Source: Heterodontus francisci (lineage: Eukaryota). From it: 64,000 nt of DNA. This document shows positions 39,201 to 54,200 of this stretch, piece by piece. The DNA lies in NCBI RefSeq assembly GCF_036365525.1, contig NC_090378.1:119087593-119151592 (forward strand). The letters run 5' to 3'. The notes beneath the pieces are model-generated. The model had not been told where the DNA came from, did not search any database, and was given only the letters and a program-made list of their open reading frames with translations. The position numbers were made by a program, and so were the translations under genes. Position 1 is the first letter of the stretch. Each line of letters starts with the position of its first letter.

Positions 39201-42200
39201 GGATGTATCAGTAAAGGAGGTGGGACTGTGTGTCCATTATTATATATTATATATAACTGTGGGATGTGTCAGTACAGGAGCTGGGACTGTGTGTCCATTA
39301 TTATATTATATAACTGTGGGATGTGTCAGTAAAGGAGGTGGGACTGTGTGTCCATTATTATATATTATATATAACTGTGGGATGTGTCAGTACAGGAGCT
39401 GGGACTGTGTGTCCATTATTATATATTATATATAACAGTGGGATGTGTCAGTACAGGAGGTGGGACTGTGTGTCCATTATTATATATTATATATAACAGT
39501 GGGATGTGTCAGTACAGGAGGTGGGACTGTGTGTCCATTATTATATTATATAACTGTGGGACATGTCAGTACAGGAGGTGGGACTGTGTGTCCATTATTA
39601 TATATTACATATAACTGTGGGATGTGTCAGTACAGGAGCTGGGACTGTGTGTCCATTATTATATATTATATATAACAGTGGGATGTGTCAGTACAGGAGG
39701 TGGGACTGTGTGTCCATTATTATATATTATATATAAGTGTGGGATGTGTCAGTACAGGAGGTGGGACTATGTGTCCATTATTATATATTATATATAACTG
39801 TGGGACGTGTCAGTACAGGAGATGGGACTGTGTGTCCATTATTATATATTATATATAACTGTGGGACGTGTCAGTACAGGAGATGGGACTGTGTGTCCAT
39901 TATTATATATTATATATAACTGTGGGAGGTGTCAGTACAGGAAGTGGGACTGTGTGTCCATTATTATATTATATAACTGTGGGACGTGTCAGGACAGGAG
40001 GTGGGACTGTGTGTCCATTATTATATATTATATATAACTGTGGGACGTGTCAGTACAGGAGGTGGGACTGTGTGTCCATTATTATATCTTATATATAACT
40101 GTGGGACGTGTCAGTACAGGAGGTGGGACTTTGTGTCCATTATTATATATTATATGTAATTGTGGGACGTGTCAGTACAGGAGGTGGTACTGTGTGTCCA
40201 TTATTATATTATATAACTGTGGGATGTGTCAGTAAAGGAGGTGGGACTGTGTGTCCATTATTATATATTATATATAACTGTGGGATGTGTCAGTACAGGA
40301 GCTGGGACTGTGTGTCCATTATTATATATTATATATAACAGTGGGATGTGTCAGTACAGGAGGTGGGACTGTGTGTCCATTATTATATTATATAACTGTG
40401 GGATGTATCAGTAAAGGAGGTGGGACTGTGTGTCCATTATTATATATTATATATAACTGTGGGATGTGTCAGTACAGGAGCTGGGACTGTGTGTCCATTA
40501 TTATATTATATAACTGTGGGATGTGTCAGTAAAGGAGGTGGGACTGTGTGTCCATTATTATATATTATATATAACTGTGGGATGTGTCAGTACAGGAGCT
40601 GGGACTGTGTGTCCATTATTATATATTATATATAACAGTGGGATGTGTCAGTACAGGAGGTGGGACTGTGTGTCCATTATTATATATTATATATAACAGT
40701 GGGATGTGTCAGTACAGGAGGTGGGACTGTGTGTCCATTATTATATTATATAACTGTGGGACATGTCAGTACAGGAGGTGGGACTGTGTGTCCATTATTA
40801 TATATTATATATAACTGTGGGATGTGTCAGTACAGGAGCTGGGACTGTGTGTCCATTATTATATATTATATATAACAGTGGGATGTGTCAGTACAGGAGG
40901 TGGGACTGTGTGTCCATTATTATATTATATAACTGTGGGACATGTCAGTACAGGAGGTGGGACTGTGTGTCCATTATTATATATTATATATAACTGTGGG
41001 ATGTGTCAGTACAGGAGGTGGGACTGTGTGTCCATTATTATATTATATAACTGTGGGACATGTCAGTACAGGAGGTGGGACTGTGTGTCCATTATTATAT
41101 ATTATATAGAACTGTGGGATGTGTCAGTCCAGGAGGTGGGACTGTGTGTCCATTATTATATATTATATATAACTGTGGGATATGTCAGTCCAGGAGGTGG
41201 GACTGTGTGTCCATTATTATATATTATATATAGCTGTGGGATGTGTCAGTACAGGAGGTGGGACCGTGCGTCCATTATTATATATTACATATAACTGTGG
41301 GATGTGTCAGTCCAGGAGGTGGGACTGTGTGTCCATTATTATATATTGTATATAACTGTGGGACGTGTCAGTCCAGGAGGTGGAACTGTGTGTCCATTAT
41401 TATATATTGTATATAACTGTGGGATGTGTCAGTACAGGAGGTGGGACTGTGAGTCCATTATTTTTTATTATATATATCTGTGGGATGTGTCAGTACATGA
41501 GGTGGGGCTGTGTGTCCATTATTATATATTATATATAACTGTGGGATGTGTCAGTACAGGAGGTGGGTCAGTGTGTCCATTATTATATATTATATATAAC
41601 TGTGGGATGTGTCAGTACAGGAGGTGGGACTGTGAGTCCATTATTTTTTATTATATATATCTGTGGGATGTGTCAGTACAGGCGGTGGGACTGTGTGTCC
41701 ATTATTATATATTATATATAACTGTGGGATGTGGCAGTGCAGGAGGTGGGACTGTGTGTCCATTATTATATATTATATATAACTGTGGGATGTGTCAGTG
41801 CAGGAGGTGGGACTGTGTGTCCATTATTATTTATTATATATAACTGTGGGATGTGTCAGTACAGGAGGTGGGACTGAGTGTCCATTATTATATATTATAT
41901 ATAACTGTGGGATGTGTCAGTACAGGAGGTGGGACCGTGTGTCCATTATTATATATTACATATAACTGTGGGATGTGTCAGTCCAGGAGGTGGGACTGTG
42001 TGTCCATTATTATATATTATATGTAACTGTGGGATGTGTCAGTCCAGGAGGTGAGACGGTGTGTCCATTATTATATATTATATATAACTGTGGGATGTGT
42101 CAGTCCAGGAGGTGGGACTGTGTGTCCATTATTATATATTATATATAACTGTGGGATGTGTCAGTACAGGAGGTGGGACCGTGTGTCCATTATTATATAT

Positions 42201-45200
42201 TACATATAACTGTGGGATGTGTCAGTCCAGGAGGTGGGACTGTGTGTCCATTATTATATATTATATATAACTGTGGGATGTGGCAGTGCAGGAGGTGGGA
42301 CTGTGTGTCCATTATTATATATTATATATAACTGTGGGATGTGTCAGTGCAGGAGGTGGGACTGTGTGTCCATTATTATTTATTATATATAACTGTGGGA
42401 TGTGTCAGTACAGGAGGTGGGACTGTGTGTCCATTATTATATATTATATATAACTGTGGGATGTGTCAGTGCAGGAGGTGGGACTGTGTGTCCATTATTA
42501 TTTATTATATATAACTGTGGGATGTGTCAGTACAGGAGGTGGGACTGTGAGTCCATTATTTTTTATTATATATATCTGTGGGATGTGTCAGTACAGGCGG
42601 TGGGACTGTGTGTCCATTATTATATATTATATATAACTGTGGGATGTGGCAGTGCAGGAGGTGGGACTGTGTGTCCATTATTATATATTATATATAACTG
42701 TGGGATGTGTCAGTGCAGGAGGTGGGACTGTGTGTCCATTATTATTTATTATATATAACTGTGGGATGTGTCAGTACAGGAGGTGGGACTGAGTGTCCAT
42801 TATTATATATTATATATAACTGTGGGATGTGTCAGTACAGGAGGTGGGACCGTGTGTCCATTATTATATATTACATATAACTGTGGGATGTGTCAGTCCA
42901 GGAGGTGGGACTGTGTGTCCATTATTATATATTATATGTAACTGTGGGATGTGTCAGTCCAGGAGGTGAGACGGTGTGTCCATTATTATATATTATATAT
43001 AACTGTGGGATGTGTCAGTCCAGGAGGTGGGACTGTGTGTCCATTATTATATATTATATATAACTGTGGGATGTGTCAGTACAGGAGGTGGGACCGTGTG
43101 TCCATTATTATATATTACATATAACTGTGGGATGTGTCAGTCCAGGAGGTGGGACTGTGTGTCCATTATTATATATTATATATAACTGTGGGACGTGTCA
43201 GTACAGGAGGTGGGACTGTGTGTCCATTATTATATATTATATATAACTGTGGGACGTGTCAGTACAGGAGGTGGGACTGTGTGTCCATTATTATATATTA
43301 TATATAACTGTGGGATGTGTCAGTCCAGGAGGTGGGACTGTGTGTCCATTATTATATATTGTATATAACTGTGGGACGTGTCAGTCCAGGAGGTGGGACT
43401 GTGTGTCCATTATTATATATTGTATATAACTGTGGGATGTGTCAGTACAGGAGGTGGGACTGTGAGTCCATTATTTTTTATTATATATATCTGTGGGATG
43501 TGTCAGTACATGAGGTGGGGCTGTGTGTCCATTATTATATATTATATATAACTGTGGGATGTGTCAGTACAGGAGGTGGGTCAGTGTGTCCATTATTATA
43601 TATTATATATAACTGTGGGATGTGTCAGTACAGGAGGTGGGACTGTGAGTCCATTATTTTTTATTATATATATCTGTGGGATGTGTCAGTACAGGCGGTG
43701 GGACTGTGTGTCCATTATTATATATTATATATAACTGTGGGATGTGGCAGTGCAGGAGGTGGGACTGTGTGTCCATTATTATATATTATATATAACTGTG
43801 GGATGTGTCAGTGCAGGAGGTGGGACTGTGTGTCCATTATTATTTATTATATATAACTGTGGGATGTGTCAGTACAGGAGGTGGGACTGAGTGTCCATTA
43901 TTATATATTATATATAACTGTGGGATGTGTCAGTCCAGGAGGTGAGACGGTGTGTCCATTATTATATATTATATATAACTGTGGGATGTGTCAGTCCAGG
44001 AGGTGGGACTGTGTGTCCATTATTATATATTATATATAACTGTGGGATGTGTCAGTACAGGAGGTGGGACCGTGTGTCCATTATTATATATTACATATAA
44101 CTGTGGGATGTGTCAGTCCAGGAGGTGGGACTGTGTGTCCATTATTATATATTGTATATAACTGTGGGACGTGTCAGTACAGGAGGTGGGACTGTGTGTC
44201 CATTATTATATATTATATATAACTGTGGGACGTGTCAGTACAGGAGGTGGGACTGTGTGTCCATTATTATATATTGTATATAACTGTGGGACGTGTCAGT
44301 ACAGGAGGTGGGACTGTGTGTCCATTATTATATATTGTATGTAACTGTGGGAAGTGTCAGTACAGGAGGTGGGACTGTGTGTCCATTATCATAAATTATA
44401 TATAACTGTGGGATGTGTCAGTACAGGAGGTGGGACTGCGTGTCCATTATCATATATTATATATAACTGTGGGATGTGTCAGTACAGGAGGTGGGACTGT
44501 GTGTCCATTATTATATATTATATATAACTGTGGGACGTGTCAGTACAGGAGATGGGACTGTGTGTCCATTATTATATATTATATATAACTGTGGGAGGTG
44601 TCAGTACAGGAAGTGGGACTGTGTGTCCATTATTATATTATATAACTGTGGGACGTGTCAGGACAGGAGGTGGGACTGTGTGTCCATTATTATATATTAT
44701 ATATAACTGTGGGACGTGTCAGTACAGGAGGTGGGACTGTGTGTCCATTATTATATCTTATATATAACTGTGGGACGTGTCAGTACAGGAGGTGGGACTT
44801 TGTGTCCATTATTATATATTATATGTAATTGTGGGACGTGTCAGTACAGGAGGTGGTACTGTGTGTCCATTATTATATTATATAACTGTGGGATGTGTCA
44901 GTAAAGGAGGTGGGACTGTGTGTCCATTATTATATATTATATATAACTGTGGGATGTGTCAGTACAGGAGCTGGGACTGTGTGTCCATTATTATATATTA
45001 TATATAACAGTGGGATGTGTCAGTACAGGAGGTGGGACTGTGTGTCCATTATTATATTATATAACTGTGGGATGTATCAGTAAAGGAGGTGGGACTGTGT
45101 GTCCATTATTATATATTATATATAACTGTGGGATGTGTCAGTACAGGAGCTGGGACTGTGTGTCCATTATTATATTATATAACTGTGGGATGTGTCAGTA

Positions 45201-48200
45201 AAGGAGGTGGGACTGTGTGTCCATTATTATATATTATATATAACTGTGGGATGTGTCAGTACAGGAGCTGGGACTGTGTGTCCATTATTATATATTATAT
45301 ATAACAGTGGGATGTGTCAGTACAGGAGGTGGGACTGTGTGTCCATTATTATATATTATATATAACAGTGGGATGTGTCAGTACAGGAGGTGGGACTGTG
45401 TGTCCATTATTATATTATATAACTGTGGGACATGTCAGTACAGGAGGTGGGACTGTGTGTCCATTATTATATATTATATATAACTGTGGGATGTGTCAGT
45501 ACAGGAGCTGGGACTGTGTGTCCATTATTATATATTATATATAACAGTGGGATGTGTCAGTACAGGAGGTGGGACTGTGTGTCCATTATTATATTATATA
45601 ACTGTGGGACATGTCAGTACAGGAGGTGGGACTGTGTGTCCATTATTATATATTATATATAACAGTGGGATGTGTCAGTACAGGAGGTGGGACTGTGTGT
45701 CCATTATTATATTATATAACTGTGGGACATGTCAGTACAGGAGGTGGGACTGTGTGTCCATTATTATATTATATAACTGTGGGACATGTCAGTACAGGAG
45801 GTGGGACTGTGTGTCCATTATTATATATTATATATAACTGTGGGATGTGTCAGTCCAGGAGGTGGGACTGTGTGTCCATTATTATATATTATATATAACT
45901 GTGGGATATGTCAGTCCAGGAGGTGGGACTGTGTGTCCATTATTATATTATATAACTGTGGGACATGTCAGTACAGGAGGTGGGACTGTGTGTCCATTAT
46001 TATATATTATATATAACTGTGGGATGTGTCAGTACAGGAGCTGGGACTGTGTGTCCATTATTATATTATATAACTGTGGGATGTGTCAGTAAAGGAGGTG
46101 GGACTGTGTGTCCATTATTATATATTATATATAACTGTGGGATGTGTCAGTACAGGAGCTGGGACTGTGTGTCCATTATTATATATTATATATAACAGTG
46201 GGATGTGTCAGTACAGGAGGTGGGACTGTGTGTCCATTATTATATATTATATATAACAGTGGGATGTGTCAGTACAGGAGGTGGGACTGTGTGTCCATTA
46301 TTATATTATATAACTGTGGGACATGTCAGTACAGGAGGTGGGACTGTGTGTCCATTATTATATATTATATATAACTGTGGGATGTGTCAGTACAGGAGCT
46401 GGGACTGTGTGTCCATTATTATATATTATATATAACAGTGGGATGTGTCAGTACAGGAGGTGGGACTGTGTGTCCATTATTATATTATATAACTGTGGGA
46501 CATGTCAGTACAGGAGGTGGGACTGTGTGTCCATTATTATATATTATATATAACAGTGGGATGTGTCAGTACAGGAGGTGGGACTGTGTGTCCATTATTA
46601 TATTATATAACTGTGGGACATGTCAGTACAGGAGGTGGGACTGTGTGTCCATTATTATATTATATAACTGTGGGACATGTCAGTACAGGAGGTGGGACTG
46701 TGTGTCCATTATTATATATTATATATAACTGTGGGATGTGTCAGTCCAGGAGGTGGGACTGTGTGTCCATTATTATATATTATATATAACTGTGGGATAT
46801 GTCAGTCCAGGAGGTGGGACTGTGTGTCCATTATTATATATTATATATAGCTGTGGGATGTGTCAGTACAGGAGGTGGGACCGTGCGTCCATTATTATAT
46901 ATTACATATAACTGTGGGATGTGTCAGTCCAGGAGGTGGGACTGTGTGTCCATTATTATATATTGTATATAACTGTGGGACGTGTCAGTCCAGGAGGTGG
47001 AACTGTGTGTCCATTATTATATATTGTATATAACTGTGGGATGTGTCAGTACAGGAGGTGGGACTGTGAGTCCATTATTTTTTATTATATATATCTGTGG
47101 GATGTGTCAGTACATGAGGTGGGGCTGTGTGTCCATTATTATATATTATATATAACTGTGGGATGTGTCAGTACAGGAGGTGGGTCAGTGTGTCCATTAT
47201 TATATATTATATATAACTGTGGGATGTGTCAGTACAGGAGGTGGGACTGTGAGTCCATTATTTTTTATTATATATATCTGTGGGATGTGTCAGTACAGGC
47301 GGTGGGACTGTGTGTCCATTATTATATATTATATATAACTGTGGGATGTGGCAGTGCAGGAGGTGGGACTGTGTGTCCATTATTATATATTATATATAAC
47401 TGTGGGATGTGTCAGTGCAGGAGGTGGGACTGTGTGTCCATTATTATTTATTATATATAACTGTGGGATGTGTCAGTACAGGAGGTGGGACTGAGTGTCC
47501 ATTATTATATATTATATATAACTGTGGGATGTGTCAGTCCAGGAGGTGAGACGGTGTGTCCATTATTATATATTATATATAACTGTGGGATGTGTCAGTC
47601 CAGGAGGTGGGACTGTGTGTCCATTATTATATATTATATATAACTGTGGGATGTGTCAGTACAGGAGGTGGGACCGTGTGTCCATTATTATATATTACAT
47701 ATAACTGTGGGATGTGTCAGTCCAGGAGGTGGGACTGTGTGTCCATTATTATATTTTGTATATAACTGTGGGACGTGTCAGTACAGGAGGTGGGACTGTG
47801 TGTCCATTATTATATATTATATATAACTGTGGGACGTGTCAGTACAGGAGGTGGGACTGTGTGTCCATTATTATATATTATATATAACTGTGGGATGTGT
47901 CAGTCCAGGAGGTGGGACTGTGTGTCCATTATTATATATTGTATATAACTGTGGGACGTGTCAGTCCAGGAGGTGGGACTGTGAGTCCATTATTTTTTAT
48001 TATATATATCTGTGGGATGTGTCAGTACATGAGGTGGGGCTGTGTGTCCATTATTATATATTATATATAACTGTGGGATGTGTCAGTCCAGGAGGTGGGA
48101 CTGTGTGTCCATTATTATATATTGTATATAACTGTGGGATGTGTCAGTACAGGAGGTGGGACTGTGAGTCCATTATTTTTTATTATATATATCTGTGGGA

Positions 48201-51200
48201 TGTGTCAGTACATGAGGTGGGGCTGTGTGTCCATTATTATATATTATATATAACTGTGGGATGTGTCAGTACAGGAGGTGGGACTGTGTGTCCATTATTA
48301 TATATTATATATAACTGTGGGATGTGTCAGTCCAGGAGGTGGGACTGTGTGTCCATTATTATATATTGTATATAACTGTGGGATGTGTCAGTACAGGAGG
48401 TGGGACTGTGAGTCCATTATTTTTTATTATATATATCTGTGGGATGTGTCAGTACATGAGGTGGGGCTGTGTGTCCATTATTATATATTGTATATAACTG
48501 TGGGATGTGTCAGTACAGGAGGTGGGACTGTGAGTCCATTATTTTTTATTATATATATCTGTGGGATGTGTCAGTACATGAGGTGGGGCTGTGTGTCCAT
48601 TATTATATATTGTATATAACTGTGGGATGTGTCAGTCCAGGAGGTGGGACTGTGTGTCCATTATTATATATTGTATATAACTGTGGGATGTGTCAGTACA
48701 GGAGGTGGGACTGTGAGTCCATTATTTTTTATTATATATATCTGTGGGATGTGTCAGTACATGAGGTGGGGCTGTGTGTCCATTATTATATATTATATAT
48801 AACTGTGGGATGTGTCAGTACAGGAGGTGGGTCAGTGTGTCCATTATTATATATTATATATAACTGTGGGATGTGTCAGTACAGGAGGTGGGACTGTGAG
48901 TCCATTATTTTTTATTATATATATCTGTGGGATGTGTCAGTACAGGCGGTGGGACTGTGTGTCCATTATTATATATTATATATAACTGTGGGATGTGGCA
49001 GTGCAGGAGGTGGGACTGTGTGTCCATTATTATATATTATATATAACTGTGGGATGTGTCAGTGCAGGAGGTGGGACTGTGTGTCCATTATTATTTATTA
49101 TATATAACTGTGGGATGTGTCAGTACAGGAGGTGGGACTGAGTGTCCATTATTATATATTATATATAACTGTGGGATGTGTCAGTCCAGGAGGTGAGACG
49201 GTGTGTCCATTATTATATATTATATATAACTGTGGGATGTGTCAGTCCAGGAGGTGGGACTGTGTGTCCATTATTATATATTATATATAACTGTGGGATG
49301 TGTCAGTACAGGAGGTGGGACCGTGTGTCCATTATTATATATTACATATAACTGTGGGATGTGTCAGTCCAGGAGGTGGGACTGTGTGTCCATTATTATA
49401 TATTGTATATAACTGTGGGACGTGTCAGTACAGGAGGTGGGACTGTGTGTCCATTATTATATATTATATATAACTGTGGGACGTGTCAGTACAGGAGGTG
49501 GGACTGTGTGTCCATTATTATATATTGTATATAACTGTGGGACGTGTCAGTACAGGAGGTGGGACTGTGTGTCCATTATTATATATTGTATGTAACTGTG
49601 GGAAGTGTCAGTACAGGAGGTGGGACTGTGTGTCCATTATCATAAATTATATATAACTGTGGGATGTGTCAGTACAGGAGGTGGGACTGCGTGTCCATTA
49701 TCATATATTATATATAACTGTGGGATGTGTCAGTACAGGAGGTGGGACTGTGAGTCCATTATTTTTTATTATATATATCTGTGGGATGTGTCAGTACAGG
49801 CGGTGGGACTGTGTGTCCATTATTATATATTATATATAACTGTGGGATGTGTCAGTACAGGAGGTGGGACTGTGAGTCCATTATTTTTTATTATATATAT
49901 CTGTGGGATGTGTCAGTACAGGCGGTGGGACTGTGTGTCCATTATTATATATTATATATAAGTGTGGGATGTGTCAGTACAGGAGGTGGGACTGTGTGTC
50001 CATTATTATATATTATATATAAGTGTGGGATGTGTCAGTACAGGAGGTGGGACTATGTGTCCATTATTATATATTATATATAACTGTGGGACGTGTCAGT
50101 ACAGGAGATGGGACTGTGTGTCCATTATTATATATTATATATAACTGTGGGACGTGTCAGTACAGGAGATGGGACTGTGTGTCCATTATTATATATTATA
50201 TATAACTGTGGGAGGTGTCAGTACAGGAGGTGGGACTGTGTGTCCATTATTATATTATATAACTGTGGGACGTGTCAGGACAGGAGGTGGGACTGTGTGT
50301 CCATTATTATATATTATATATAACTGTGGGACGTGTCAGTACAGGAGGTGGGACTGTGTGTCCATTATTATATCTTATATATAACTGTGGGACGTGTCAG
50401 TACAGGAGGTGGGACTTTGTGTCCATTATTATATATTATATGTAATTGTGGGACGTGTCAGTACAGGAGGTGGTACTGTGTGTCCATTATTATATTATAT
50501 AACTGTGGGATGTGTCAGTCCAGGAGGTGGGACTGTGTGTCCATTATTATATATTGTATATAACTGTGGGAAGTGTCAGTACAGGAGGTGGGACTGTGTG
50601 TCCATTATTATATATTATATATAACTGTGGGACGTGTCAGTACAGGAGGTGGGACTGTGTGTCCATTATTATATATTGTATATAACTGTGGGACGTGTCA
50701 GTACAGGAGGTGGGACTGTGTGTCCATTATTATATATTGTATGTAACTGTGGGAAGTGTCAGTACAGGAGGTGGGACTGTGTGTCCATTATCATAAATTA
50801 TATATAACTGTGGGATGTGTCAGTACAGGAGGTGGGACTGCGTGTCCATTATCAGATATTATATATAACTGTGGGATGTGTCAGTACAGGAGGTGGGACT
50901 GTGAGTCCATTATTTTTTATTATATATATCTGTGGGATGTGTCAGTACAGGCGGTGGGACTGTGTGTCCATTATTATATATTATATATAACTGTGGGATG
51001 TGTCAGTACAGGAGGTGGGACTGTGAGACCATTATTTTTTATTATATATATCTGTGGGATGTGTCAGTACAGGCGGTGGGACTGTGTGTCCATTATTATA
51101 TATTATATATAAGTGTGGGATGTGTCAGTACAGGAGGTGGGACTGTGTGTCCATTATTATATATTATATATAAGTGTGGGATGTGTCAGTACAGGAGGTG

Positions 51201-54200
51201 GGACTATGTGTCCATTATTATATATTATATATAACTGTGGGACGTGTCAGTACAGGAGATGGGACTGTGTGTCCATTATTATATATTATATATAACTGTG
51301 GGACATGTCAGTACAGGAGATGGGACTGTGTGTCCATTATTATATATTATATATAACTGTGGGAGGTGTCAGTACAGGAAGTGGGACTGTGTGTCCATTA
51401 TTATATTATATAACTGTGGGACGTGTCAGGACAGGAGGTGGGACTGTGTGTCCATTATTATATATTATATATAACTGTGGGACGTGTCAGTACAGGAGGT
51501 GGGACTGTGTGTCCATTATTATATCTTATATATAACTGTGGGACGTGTCAGTACAGGAGGTGGGACTTTGTGTCCATTATTATATATTATATGTAATTGT
51601 GGGACGTGTCAGTACAGGAGGTGGTACTGTGTGTCCATTATTATATTATATAACTGTGGGATGTGTCAGTAAAGGAGGTGGGACTGTGTGTCCATTATTA
51701 TATATTATATATAACTGTGGGATGTGTCAGTACAGGAGCTGGGACTGTGTGTCCATTATTATATATTATATATAACAGTGGGATGTGTCAGTACAGGAGG
51801 TGGGACTGTGTGTCCATTATTATATTATATAACTGTGGGACATGTCAGTACAGGAGGTGGGACTGTGTGTCCATTATTATATATTATATATAACAGTGGG
51901 ATGTGTCAGTACAGGAGGTGGGACTGTGTGTCCATTATTATATTATATAACTGTGGGACATGTCAGTACAGGAGGTGGGACTGTGTGTCCATTATTATAT
52001 ATTATATATAACTGTGGGATGTGTCAGTACAGGAGCTGGGACTGTGTGTCCATTATTATATATTATATATAACAGTGGGATGTGTCAGTACAGGAGGTGG
52101 GACTGTGTGTCCATTATTATATTATATAACTGTGGGACATGTCAGTACAGGAGGTGGGACTGTGTGTCCATTATTATATATTATATATAACAGTGGGATG
52201 TGTCAGTACAGGAGGTGGGACTGTGTGTCCATTATTATATTATATAACTGTGGGACATGTCAGTACAGGAGGTGGGACTGTGTGTCCATTATTATATTAT
52301 ATAACTGTGGGACATGTCAGTACAGGAGGTGGGACTGTGTGTCCATTATTATATATTATATATCACTGTGGGATGTGTCAGTCCAGGAGGTGGGACTGTG
52401 TGTCCATTATTATATATTATATATAACTGTGGGATGTGTCAGTCCAGGAGGTGGGACTGTGTGTCCATTATTATATATTATATATAGCTGTGGGATGTGT
52501 CAGTACAGGAGGTGGGACCGTGTGTCCATTATTATATATTACATATAACTGTGGGATGTGTCAGTCCAGGAGGTGGGACTGTGTGTCCATTATTATATAT
52601 TGTATATAACTGTGGGACGTGTCAGTCCAGGAGGTGGAACTGTGTGTCCATTATTATATATTGTATATAACTGTGGGATGTGTCAGTACAGGAGGTGGGA
52701 CTGTGAGTCCATTATTTTTTATTATATATATCTGTGGGATGTGTCAGTACATGAGGTGGGGCTGTGTGTCCATTATTATATATTATATATAACTGTGGGA
52801 TGTGTCAGTACAGGAGGTGGGTCAGTGTGTCCATTATTATATATTATATATAACTGTGGGATGTGTCAGTACAGGAGGTGGGACTGTGAGTCCATTATTT
52901 TTTATTATATATATCTGTGGGATGTGTCAGTACAGGCGGTGGGACTGTGTGTCCATTATTATATATTATATATAACTGTGGGATGTGGCAGTGCAGGAGG
53001 TGGGACTGTGTGTCCATTATTATATATTATATATAACTGTGGGATGTGTCAGTGCAGGAGGTGGGACTGTGTGTCCATTATTATTTATTATATATAACTG
53101 TGGGATGTGTCAGTACAGGAGGTGGGACTGAGTGTCCATTATTATATATTATATATAACTGTGGGATGTGTCAGTCCAGGAGGTGAGACGGTGTGTCCAT
53201 TATTATATATTATATATAACTGTGGGATGTGTCAGTCCAGGAGGTGGGACTGTGTGTCCATTATTATATATTATATATAACTGTGGGATGTGTCAGTACA
53301 GGAGGTGGGACCGTGTGTCCATTATTATATATTACATATAACTGTGGGATGTGTCAGTCCAGGAGGTGGGACTGTGTGTCCATTATTATATATTGTATAT
53401 AACTGTGGGACGTGTCAGTACAGGAGGTGGGACTGTGTGTCCATTATTATATATTATATATAACTGTGGGACGTGTCAGTACAGGAGGTGGGACTGTGTG
53501 TCCATTATTATATATTGTATATAACTGAGGGACGTGTCAGTACAGGAGGTGGGACTGTGTGTCCATTATTATATATTGTATGTAACTGTGGGAAGTGTCA
53601 GTACAGGAGGTGGGACTGTGTGTCCATTATCATAAATTATATATAACTGTGGGATGTGTCAGTACAGGAGGTGGGACTGCCTGTCCATTATCATATATTA
53701 TATATAACTGTGGGATGTGTCAGTACAGGAGGTGGGACTGTGAGTCCATTATTTTTTATTATATATATCTGTGGGATGTGTCAGTACAGGCGGTGGGACT
53801 GTGTGTCCATTATTATATATAACTGTGGGATGTGTCAGTACAGGCGGTGGGACTGTGTGTCCATTATTATATATTATATATAAGTGTGGGATGTGTCAGT
53901 ACAGGAGGTGGGACTGTGTGTCCATTATTATATATTATATATAAGTGTGGGATGTGTCAGTACAGGAGGTGGGACTATGTGTCCATTATTATATATTATA
54001 TATAACTGTGGGACGTGTCAGTACAGGAGATGGGACTGTGTGTCCATTATTATATATTATATATAACTGTGGGACGTGTCAGTACAGGAGATGGGACTGT
54101 GTGTCCATTATTATATATTATATATAACTGTGGGAGCTGTCAGTACAGGAGGTGGGACTGTGTGTCCATTATTATATTATATAACTGTGGGACGTGTCAG